Part shown: piece after piece, positions 1 to 13,765 of the stretch
How the letters are laid out: each line of letters begins with the position of its first letter
Numbering within the stretch: position 1 is the first letter of the stretch
NCBI RefSeq assembly: GCF_009914755.1
Contig: NC_060928.1
Length of the DNA: 64,000 nt
Strand: one strand, 5' to 3'
Source of the DNA: the human T2T-CHM13v2.0 reference genome, Homo sapiens
Made by a program: the position numbers and the translations under genes
Notes under the pieces: model-generated
The model's input: the letters and a program-made list of their open reading frames with translations, nothing else
Databases searched by the model: none
What the model was told of the DNA's origin: nothing

Positions 1-1385
<1,385 letters not shown>

Positions 1386-1449
1386 AATTATGCTTCATTC
1401 TTCATCGACCTTTTTAGTGAACACCCAGGAAGTTTTCCTGTGTGCTTGT

Positions 1450-1975
1450 AGTCTGCCTCCCTTTTTCCAATTACAACACCTTGGTCTTTCTTTGGGCAAT
1501 AAGCTGGTGTTCTAGAGTAAGATGGTAAGGATGTGACCCAATCCTGGCAATCACAGCATTCCACCTATCTCACATTAACAATTGGTTTGGGACTAGTGGG
1601 TGCTTAAGGCCTGTCCAGTAAGACTCATCCTGGGATTTCTATTCAAGTATTTTCAAAGAGAGACTCATTTACTACAGTTATTAAACTCATGGGAAAGACA
1701 ATAGGAGCTGCTAGTAGCTACCTTGAAACCACATGAGGATACCCTAAGAATGAAGCCAGTCCAAGAGAAAGCAAAGGCAAGAAATGGACAGAGCCCTATG
1801 ACATGGTTTGGTCACTGGATATATTTTTAGGTATATGAGGCTAATAACCTCCATCTCACAGAGTGCATGACTAACCACAGTAAATTTAGGATTCTGTGCT
1901 TCTCCATCCCTTCTCCATAACTAGTTTACCTCTTAAAGGGTATCTGGAATTTCAGTTGTCATGTAACATGAAAGT
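1450..1975 (+). mobile_element. Degraded MaLR LTR (MLT1K/L-like)
   Basis: MLT1-type phrases such as GTGACCCAATCCTGGC and GAATGAAGCCAGTCCAAGAGAAAGCA; boundaries approximate. Confidence 0.5.
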
Positions 1976-2759
1976 TTTGAAATGATGACTGGCCCATTTA
2001 CTATTAATTTTCTTGACACCTCCATGATGCTAGCCAACAATGGTCTTTAATTAAAGTCACACATTTTCAAAATTTTATATGTATTTAAATTAAGAGCTTT
2101 TTTTGTGAGCTAACATCTTAAAATGGAAGTTAGCAAAACATTGTTAGATAACACTAGTATAAAGTTACCTAATTTGCTGTCTAAAAGTGTTGGAGTAAAT
2201 TAAGCAAAAGTTGAAACAAGAAGATAGCACTTTAGCATCAAACTAAATCTCCAAGAGGAAGGAAAACTAAAGTTCAAGGCTAAAACTCTAAATTGCATCT
2301 TAAAGGAAATGAAAACAATACATTAAATATCACACAGTTTTTAAAAACTACTGTCTCTATGTGGTGGTATTACAGAAAATTAGAACAAAAATAATCATAT
2401 GCATTTCCTAAATTGTCTGTCTAGAACATGTTATCTTGATAATGGGGAAAAATGAGCTTTTAAAAATAAAAGACAACGTAATAATACAATTTAAAGATAA
2501 TGATATGTTTGTCCATTAAAACTTCGTAAGAATGGGCTCCCTCCATGAAAAATTACTCATAGGCCTTTACTGAAAGAACCTTTAAATGGTAAGGTACGCC
2601 TTTTATGTGTTTTTGGGTATGTTTTCAGAATGTTTCTTAGGATCACCAGATCAGAAGGCCACAATGACCAACCACCAGCTTGGGCAAGACCATGCAAAAC
2701 CAAACTTCAGATTTCAGCTAATTGTACCCCAGAAACCTCCCAAAGAAAATGTCAAAAGC

Positions 2760-3066
<307 letters not shown>

Positions 3067-4224
3067 TGTAAAAAGCAGTCTTGATGAGGTGTTAAATCCT
3101 AATAAGGTCTTACAATCAAGTTTTTCTCAAAGCATAACTTCAATTCCATTTTATACTTGAACAATAAATATACTTCAACAATAACATTTTCCTTTTATTA
3201 TAAAAAGAAACATGTTCTTCCAACTCCTCAAAATATAAGATATCTAGTTATGTAGCTGCCTCTTAACTTTTTAGCGGTGTTTTTAAAAATAGGAAACTAT
3301 TTGAAAACATGAACCTACTGATTCCAAAGCCCTGCAATGATTTAGTGAAGCTCAGTGTCTCATACTTTGTTTGTTCACAGCGTGAACCATTATGGAGAAA
3401 GCTTATTAAAAAGTTCTCATTTCACATTACAAATCCATAATCTAACGCGCTAATCATACTCATTCAATTGCTGCACATCCATAAATGCCATTGTACACAA
3501 TCATCATTAAAATTCACTGTGGAATAATAACTTTTAAAATCTCATCTTGAACAAAAAGCTATTTGAAATTACCATATTATCTTTATTTCTAGATTAAATT
3601 TGGTTAAATGCCTTTGCACGCTTTTTAATATAAGAATCTAAATATAATGAAGAAACAACCCCTAAAATATTCCATTACCACAGAAAATATAAACTGTTAA
3701 TACATGCATAAAGTCCAAATGAAAACAAAAGCTTCAGCTTAGACCTGAAGGCCAGATCCACAAATATTATAAGAACCTTCTGAAAGGACACCCTTTGCTT
3801 TCTAAAGGAGAGAGTATGTGCCAAACAAGCTTTGAAAACAAATTTGCATTCTATTTACCAAAGAATTCCATGTATAATACATGTTCAAGGTGGGGGTTGG
3901 GGAGAGGAAGTGACATGAGTATAAAAATCCCACAGAAAGATACTCTGCTTGGAGCTAGAAGTGTTAGGCCTTGGATGGTAATAGAAGAAATAGCCTGAGA
4001 ACACCAGAAGTTTTCCTAAAGCAAGGCCCTGAAATGTGAACACAAGAGAGCTAACAGCGTGGGTGGTTACTGCTTCCAGCAGCCCCAATGGTACTGAACA
4101 TGTCCAACTTTGTGATCTGGGTGCTGGTTACAGAGTTTCTTCAGTTTGTGAAAATCCATCAGTATGTGCACCATACGATACTTCATAATCCCTAAGGATC
4201 TCTGTGCTCTCCTTTCTACCAACT

Positions 4225-4625
4225 CTCCAATTTCACATCATACCACTCTCTCCAGTCACACAGGCCTACTTTCTATTCCTTGACTATATCAAGCAATTTT
4301 TCACGTCAATCATCCTGCTAATTGCATCTCTTTCTTCTCTCCTTTATAAAGACAGGGTACTCCTACCCTAAGGGTTTGTTTCAGATGATAACTCAGTAAA
4401 GTCTTTTCTGGCCACCTTTGCGAATTTATTCCCCCCTCATATTACTAACCACACTTCCTGAAATTATTCCTTCTAATTATATCTGTAGTTGTTTTTCAGC
4501 TGTCTCCCCTAGTAGGCTGTATGCATCATGAGAATGGAGACCATGTCCATCTTATCCACTTGTGTTTCCCCAGCACAGTGCCTTGAATACAGAAGGTATT
4601 AAAAAAAATTGGCTGTATGAATGAT
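4225..4625 (+). mobile_element. L2 3' end fragment
   Basis: L2-type 3' phrases (CCCCAGCACAGTGCCTTG...GAATGA). Confidence 0.6.
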
Positions 4626-4937
4626 ATTTCCCAACCCCTTAAGTTTTCAGGTATTATGCTAAAAGGGTAAATATAGAAATAAGTAAACAAGTAGTTAAAA
4701 ATTAAAAATTAGCTTGAATACAAATTTTCAGACTGCTTTCATGTGCCTTGCTTTACCCACAACCAGCGGTAGCAGCTTCATGGCACTAATGACAAAACAA
4801 TAAACCAACAGCTCCTCAGTAATCTGACCTACCCTGTTAAACAAAAAGGATCCACCACACTGTTAGGATATCCTTAGCAAAAGCAAAGCTACTAATTCAT
4901 TCTTTTCTCCTCCCTGCAAAAAGACTGAAAAATCACT

Positions 4938-5042
4938 CCACACACGCGCGCACACACACACGTGCGTGCGCACACACACACGCGCACAGCACACACCCCC
5001 ACACACACAGCACCCCCCCCCCCCCACACACACACACACACA
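4938..5042. repeat. Compound (CA)n/(CG)n microsatellite with an internal poly-C run
   Basis: Read directly from the sequence. Confidence 0.95.
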
Positions 5043-5456
5043 GGTAGGAATGGCTCTTCAGCACTGAACTGGCATCTTCACCTACTACCCAAACCACTGG
5101 GACTTCACAATCCTTACACACTGTCTTGGCCCCAGATGCAGAGACATTTTATGCCAAATCTGTGGGTGGGAAAGTCAATTCCATCCTTCCTGTAGAAGGA
5201 TACACAGATGATTGTTATACAACTTTAGGATGACCCAAGCTTTCCTGTCTCAGGAAGCTCCCAGAGACTCCCTAACTGCATCTCATTCACCCACGTGGTG
5301 GGTTTCAAACTTGCTCTGATGATAAAGCACTGGGAAGCAGAGCTGCCTATTGAGGAAAAATATGAAACACTGAGATACTTTGCTTCTTTTTATGAACGAG
5401 GAATAATTTTTCTGGCAGAAATGGCAGTATATGAATGCCATCTAAAACCATAGCTT

Positions 5457-5478
5457 ATACGTACCTGGCAGGGGAGAT
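5457..5478 (+). pseudogene. RNU1: 3'-truncated U1 snRNA fragment (U1 nt 1-22)
   Basis: ATACGTACCTGGCAGGGGAGAT matches U1 AUACUUACCUGGCAGGGGAGAU at 21/22 positions, starting at U1 nt 1. Confidence 0.75.
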
Positions 5479-6537
5479 TATTTCAACCCTAAGAAAGAAT
5501 AAAAAAACACCATACCCTAAACTTGCGTGTTCTCAATAAAATAATAGAGTTATTAAACTAACTGGTTGTGTCCAAATTTTTCTGTTAACATTCTTTTACT
5601 ACTTATTCATTCATTTTCACTAATACTCACCAAAAGAGATGTGGTAGCAAATGCCAAACACTTATGAAATGTTGACAGGAGAAAAACATGAAACTGAAAA
5701 AGTTTCTATTAGCCCATTTTATTTTCCTTCTGTGGATTGAGATAGGCCATTATTCATTTTTAGCAGTGGGGACTACTGGGCTGGGTCTTTTGAAGTCCAA
5801 TTATTATCATTCTTTGCCAAAGATAAGGAAAATAGACTTCTATATTTTGAAGAAGTTTCTAATTCTCACCAAGTTTATACTCATCAAAAAGTGAAATGAT
5901 TATTTCAAAATAAATTTGTTAAAAATTATACCAATATTTTGAAAGAGCCAAGAAGCCAAATGACCCTTATTACCACATTGTATTATAATGTGCATAAATG
6001 TTAAACATGAAGTAGTTTAAACATTGACTAAACAGAAAATCTGGAATCATATACTCTTATTGAGAGCAACAAAGTCAAAGCCAATTATGAGACACCAAAG
6101 GATGTCTTTGATAGTAACACTTTAAAAATAAAGATAATAGTACATTTTATCATACTAGCGTTTTTATTTTTCTAAACAGAATACACACTGTATAGTAACA
6201 TATAAAATACAAATAGGTCTGTGGTCTCCAAAAATGACACTAAATCAACTGAAGCAGAAGAAAATGCACAAATGGTATTAAATCATGACACAGAAAAAGA
6301 GAGGGTAGCATCTGGCACTTCTGGCGTGCTACTAAGAACACACTCGGGGAGGAATACAAATTCTACAGTCTCTGAACTAGGCAGGGTGGCTGCAATTTGG
6401 GAAGCTGTTTTTTTCCCTTAGGTAGAATAAAATGTTCATCAGACCACATTTGTAAGTATTCACTCAATAATGAATACAACAGTAACCATTTTAACATCCA
6501 AGTAGTTTTTAAAATCACACACTTAGAAATACAACTG

Positions 6538-7335
6538 AGAATTCCAAATAATTTATGTAAATATTCTGCCCACAACCGGGAAGGGCAAAATTCCCCATTC
6601 CTTATGCAAGGGCTGTACGTAGTGGCCTCCTTCCAAAGGAGGTGGGCCGAGTCACTTTACAGTGGAGAAATCTGGCAGCGGATTGCATCGGCCACGTGAT
6701 CAAGATTATGTTGACATGATCACGTCAGTGATAAGTCATGTTGACAGGATGTACCCCTGATACAACAAAAATGGCACTTAACCTCTGTGGGTCTTCCCCT
6801 AGTCTAATCATGAGAAAAACAACAGACAAATCTGAGGAACATTCCACAAAATACCTAAACACTATTCCTCAAAACTGTCAAGATCATCAAAAACAAAAAG
6901 GTCTACGAAACTGTCACAGCCAAGAGGTGCCTAAGAAACCATGAACAACGTAATGTAGTGCCCAGGGTGAGATCCTGGAACAGAAAAGGACATTAGGTAA
7001 AACCTAAGGAAGTCTGAATAAGGTACAAACTTTAGTTAATAATAATATATCAATATTGGCTCATTAGTTGTAACAAATGCAGTATATTAACATGTAAGGT
7101 GTTAGAAATACTTGTTCCCCGGTGACGCAAAGAAACAGCACTCGAACATAAATTTAATCATCTTAGCAAGGCCATTTTTATTAAATGTATGTTCGAATGC
7201 TCATACATTTATTTCTCTGCAGCACCAGGGAACAAGCATTTCTAACATAAGGTGTTAGTAACAGGGGAAAATGGGTGCACAGTAAATGGAAACTGTACTA
7301 TCTTTGCAACTTTCCTGTAAATATAAAACTCTTCC
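6538..7335 (+). mobile_element. Old LINE-1 3' UTR (L1MC/L1MD-like), interrupted at 7100-7247
   Basis: Typical 3' end phrases (CTCAAAACTGTCAAGATCATCAAAAC, GATCCTGGAACAGAAAAGGACATTAG, TGTACTATCTTTGCAACTTTCCTGTAA). Confidence 0.8.
7100..7247. mobile_element. Palindromic LTR-derived insert: two inverted copies of an LTR10-like (HERV-I) terminus, 5-bp TSD TAAGG
   Basis: Begins TGTTAGAAAT and ends ATTTCTAACA; about 59-bp imperfect inverted arms; TAAGG at 7095-7099 and 7248-7252. Family assignment is from memory. Confidence 0.7.
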
Positions 7336-7869
7336 AAGTCTCACACTGTCCCCCTGGATCTCAATCTGCTGGCTAAGTAAATCCATACTGAATTTAGAAC
7401 AGAGATTATTAGGCAAAAAGTTTTTAAAGTTGCAGCGAAGGGAGGGTAAACGGCTTGTGCACCGCTGCTAGCTAATATCCACAGCTTCCCCAGGGACTTT
7501 AATGCGGTGGCACTTGAAGAGATTGGTTTGCCAATCGATGGGCTGCTTTTGAGGCTCTTGATTAACATATGTAGAGTTCCAAAGTGCCTTGAAAGCTTTC
7601 TATTATCTCAGCACTCCAAATGCAGTTTCTAAATGCTGATATTCAGTTTCAGCTTTTTCCAGTTTCTTCTTCAGCCTTCCACATTCATGATCACCTGTTC
7701 ACCCTTAGCGAGCCTCAGAGCAGAGTGGAGTTGCTTGAAACCCATGTGGGCAAGCTGACCTACTGTGGATAGGCCAGAGTCTAACTGAGGGACAGCAAGA
7801 TTTTCAGATGGTCTTTAGACAACAAATTGAAAATGGTAATTCCTTTTCTTTAGCAGCAGGGCATAACCT

Positions 7870-8030
7870 GTGAATGTCTTCTTGTTTAATCTCCCAGCAC
7901 TCTATGATGTAGGTCCTGTAAATGCCCTCACTTAAATAACAAAGACACAGAATAAGCCAGAAGAAATAACTCCCTTCAGAGTGGCAGAGCAGAATCCTAA
8001 CCCATGCCTCTTTGCCTAAAACCTGTACTG
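7870..8030 (-). mobile_element. MIR fragment
   Basis: Degenerate MIR core and 3' phrases. Confidence 0.5.
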
Positions 8031-8649
8031 TCTCTGGCTTGCATGTTCCCTTCCATGAATATAATGCAGTAAAACACCGTGGGAAACAAGCCTTTCAAGA
8101 ATTCAAACAGTAAGACAGTAACGACACTAAGACAATTTCCCTCCCATGTTTTCTACAGCAAAAAGGAATCACTATTCTGGTAAAAATTTCCATCAGGCTG
8201 GGATCTTCCTTTCCAGTATTTCAAATTTGGAAATCATAAAAAATAACTTTAAACACAATACAAATGGCTAAACATGACCGGATATTCAACATGAATATTA
8301 CTGTCATAACAGGGTAATGGGGTGATATAATGACGGGGAAAAGTTAGTATCTTTATTTATCTCTGTCTTTTTGCAGAAAGGAAGGAAAATTTATAAATCT
8401 GAGTAAGAAGAGTATAATAAAGAAATGGTTAAGTAGGAGTTCACAAGAGGGTTTAAGCCTTTCTATGTGCTAAAATATGACATACACACTCTATTTTCTT
8501 GAACACTATTTTAAGGCAACTTTTTTATTATCATTAGTTACTGATTTTCCTTGAATTACTTTAATAACCACTATTGGAAATACTCCATAACATAAGTAGG
8601 CTCCAAAAGCTTTTCTGCATTTGCAAAAACTGTAACCATAGACAAGCCA

Positions 8650-8718
8650 TAGCCCCTGTATCTTCAGACAGAATCTGAACATTTTTAGCCCCTGTATCTT
8701 CAGACAGAGTCTCAACAT
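8650..8718. repeat. 36-bp tandem duplication
   Basis: TAGCCCCTGTATCTTCAGACAGA starts at both 8650 and 8686. Confidence 0.9.
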
Positions 8719-9950
8719 CCAGGTGCTCCTCTAAATTAAAGCTTAATTTTCACAATTGGTAGAAAGCAGAAATTTGAGTCAACCAGCTGTTAACAGCCCA
8801 CAGAAAACCAGCAAGCAGACTTAGTTATTTTTTCCTTAAGTGTAGAATAAATTGACTGACTGTATTGAGCTGTTTTTGTGTTTCCCCCTCCAGAGATGTC
8901 ACTTCCCTGAAGAATTTCCACCAACATATAACCAATCCTTTCAAAAAACAGGCGTTCTCTTAAAATTAATTCTTATCATTTTCTAATCCACAACATCTTA
9001 AAGTGGAAAATGTAATTTTTCTAAGCAGAAGTATATTTTGTTTGTCTCCAAGTAGATTCTAAATTCCAATCAGATTTAGTCCAAATGCCACTTAATGACT
9101 TTGTGTTCCAACCCAGATAACAAGACAAGCTGCTAACTTACCATTTGGTGACAAATACCTCTTTCTTCAAGTTTCCCCCACTGGTGTTATTATTAGCAAT
9201 GAAGAGAGTGGCTCATAAGCAGACTTTTTCAAAAGCTAAAGCAGAGCAGGGTAAATTTTCATCCCTCATGTTTTCCCCATAATCTGTAAAATATTTCACT
9301 TAGATTATCATGATTTTCTAAAACTTTAATATATTTACTACAGGGAGATTTTCTAAATATGCTGTTAATTAGTTTGTTCATTCCACAAACATATTTAATT
9401 GCTTCTAAATGCTAAGCACAGAGAAATAAAATTGAATGAGATTGAAGAGACTAATATCTTCAATTGAGGGAGGCAGGGGGCGTGTTTTCCTTGTTTAGGA
9501 CGTGCCTCCAAGGCCTGTCTAGCATGAGGCTCCGCTCAGCAAATATTCACTGAAATGTGAACAACAAAGCTCTGCCTTCAGGATGTAGATAATCCTTGAA
9601 GACAAGTGCCAGGCACTCTTCTAGATTCTGTAGATAGAACAATGAGCAAAACAAATGCTGTGCCATCATGACACTTACATTCCTGTGCAGGGGAGCACAA
9701 TAAACTAAACTATATATATAATATAATGTGTGACAGGGGCTCTAAAGTAAAAAAGGCAGTGTAGGAAGATGGGGAGCTTTTCCAGACTGAGTGGTCTTAC
9801 ACTTGGAAGAAGTTTCAGATGAGCTGAGATTTAAATGAAGTGAGTGGCAAATGTTGCAAATATTCTAGATAAAAGTGTTCTAAGCAGAAGGAACTAATTA
9901 ATATGCAGGCAACTAACGATAACACAGTTTGCAGCTAGTATAATGAGGTA

Positions 9951-10245
9951 TGTGGCCGAGTTTGGTAGCTGTCTACCAAAACTCCATTTTGTCTTTCTGG
10001 TCACCCAGCTAGACCACATGTCTCAGCTGCCCTTGCAGTTTGAGTGGCTTTGTGACTTGTCTTTACCAATGGACTGTGAGAGAAGTGGTAGGTGTCACTT
10101 CTGAGGCAAGGCTTTAAGAAACAAATATATCCACTCCATGCTCTCTTTTTTACCCTTTCACATAAAACGGAACACAATGGGGCTAGCAGAGCCATAACGT
10201 GGAAAGGGCCTGGGCCTATACATCACTGCAAAAAGGACAGTCATC
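9951..10245 (+). mobile_element. MaLR LTR fragment (MLT1J-like)
   Basis: CCCTTGCAGTT...TGTGACT...CCAATGGACTGTGAGAGAAGTG...TGTCACTTCTGAGGC. Confidence 0.65.
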
Positions 10246-10247
10246 CA

Positions 10248-10372
10248 GGCTCACGCCTATAATCCCAGCACTTTGGGAGGCCAAGGTGGGCGGATCACCT
10301 GAGGTCGGGAGTTCAAGACCAGCCTGACCCAACATGGAGAAACCTTGTCTCTACTAAAAATACAATATTAGC
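10248..10372 (+). mobile_element. Alu left-arm fragment (AluSp-like)
   Basis: ATGGAGAAACC and GGTCGGGAGTTC diagnostics; stops just after the mid A-rich linker. Confidence 0.85.
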
Positions 10373-10684
10373 AGATCTTTTTCCATTGTCATATCCCTAG
10401 GACCTGGCACAAATCCTGGAAAATGGTAGATATTCAGTATTTATTGAATAAATGCTACTGAAAGCATGAAAAAAGCAAGTAGGTCAATAAGTAATTGAGG
10501 CAAGGGTTCAGCAGGGGTTTATGACAGCGACACTTTAAAGAATGGGGCAAGTGGCTTATAAGGGCCTGGTAGGATGGTTGGGGTGGATATTCTTGGCAGT
10601 GGAAAGCGTATAAGCAAAGAAAGGAAGAAAATACATGACACATTTGAGGGACACGGATCCCAAAGTGTTTCCATGCTTGTGTGC

Positions 10685-11989
<1,305 letters not shown>

Positions 11990-11990
<1 letters not shown>

Positions 11991-12160
11991 TAGCCACCAC
12001 TTACTGCTGTGCAAGCTGTGCACTGCACAACTCCTGGGGCTCCAGTTACCGTGGGTCACTGCAGCTTTGTACAGCTATTACGACCATTTTTTGGTAGATG
12101 AATATAATGTATCTTGAAAGAGAGGTACCTGTTTGTAATTCATCAAAGTCATCACATAAC
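11990..12160. mobile_element. MER91-like hAT-Tip100 MITE fragment
   Basis: TGTGCAAGCTGTGCACTGCACAACTCC resembles the MER91 core as I recall it. Confidence 0.45.
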
Positions 12161-12726
12161 AATATGTTTGTTAAAGGAACTGCCAGAGCAAGCAGAGATG
12201 AGAGGAGGGAAAGAGAAGAAACCGGGAGAAGGCAGGTGAGGGTGAAGAGGGGCAAATCTACTTCATTTTTGCCTAGGCTTCATTTTAAAGCTGATCTATA
12301 AAAAATCTTACATCCTCTACATTTAAGATCTCAACGATTTTATTAAGCCCTAAGCTTTCAGGGTCTTAACAGATTGTGTTAATACAGGAAATATCAGGAA
12401 CTTCCTGAAAGCAGTCCTCGCCCTGCTTTCTCATGGACATCTCAGTGTTTGTCCTTTGGCTCATACATTTGAGGCCTCCATTTTCTTCATAAAATAACGA
12501 TGACAATGATGAAAACACCCCTACACATACACATGCACACAGACACAGTTAACAGTTCTCCTCTAGCTTTCCACACACTTTTCAAGAATTATGAGAATGG
12601 AATAAAAATCACTTCAGGGCATTTTCAAATGGCTTTTCCAAAACTAGAAATAAGCATAAGTAACTGAACAGCTGTAATGGCAAAGAATGCTAGTGAGTTT
12701 CTATAGCAAGACGTGCTGTGTCAAAC

Positions 12727-12946
12727 CAGTGGTTCCAAAATGGAGGCAATTCTGGGCCTCCCTGAGAGGACATTCGATAACATCTGGAGACATCTTGGTT
12801 GTCACCCTATTGGGGAAGGGTGCACTGGCATCTAGTGGGTAGAGGTTGGGGAAGTCTCTAGATGTTCTATAATATACAAGACAGTCCCCACCACAAAGAA
12901 TTACCTGGCCCACTACGTCAACAGTGCTGAGGCTGAGAAAATCTGT
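12727..12946 (+). mobile_element. MER20 (hAT-Charlie MITE)
   Basis: CAGTGGTT...CTGGAGACAT...CTGGCATCTAGTGGGTAGAGG...CAACAGTGCTGAGGCTGAGAAA. Confidence 0.85.
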
Positions 12947-13660
12947 GCTAAATCATAAGCTCCTTGAGGCCTAGAACCAGTAAGTACTTTTTGGCAAAAA
13001 GCAGACACACACACAAAAAACGTGTGATGAGACAAAATTAAATGGGAGACAGTTATCACACTATATTGAAGAAATGGGCAACAATTTCACTTTTCCCCAG
13101 CCCCTCCTGTTATCACTGCCTTCCTTCTAGACTCCCAATCCAAATTACATGAAAGCCAATAACAGGCATTAGAAACCTAAATGATACATACAGTTTACAT
13201 GCTTTTCTATACACCAAATCCTAGCATTTCTATCAAATTCTTACCCCAAATGAGTAAGATCTTTGAAAAGTATAAACATCTTTTCCTGTGTAAAATCCAT
13301 TATTTTCTAAGAATCACATGAATAACAACATAGCCTCCTACGAATATAAATAAAAACACTTCTTGATTATTGTTCTCCTACATACTAATAAATGCAATTC
13401 TGGCAGTTAATTTAGATTAATGAAAGAAGCAAACAGAATGAAGTAAAATCAGAAGCTAAATATAGGTGATCTAAGTTAATCTCACTGAGTCCTTTTATCC
13501 CATTATTAATTAATGCTTCCCACACCTAACCTAAGTAGCCATTCATTTGTTGCCCCCAAATTGAAATGAGGGTAAATAACTTTCACACATTTTTTAAGGA
13601 GGCATCCGATTTAACTGCTGAGGCTTGGGTCTTGACATTAAAATTGACTGTGTTTCTAAA

Positions 13661-13765
13661 TTTTTTTTTTTTTTTCTTTTTTGAGATGGAGTCTTGCTGT
13701 CACCCAGGCTGGAGTGCAGTGGCATGATCTCGGCTCACTGCAGGCTTCGCCCCCTGGGGTTCACG
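13661..13765 (-). mobile_element. 5'-truncated AluY-lineage insertion (AluYe-like)
   Basis: Right-arm 3' end only; TSD TGTGTTTCTAA at 13649-13659 and 13766-13776. Confidence 0.85.
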
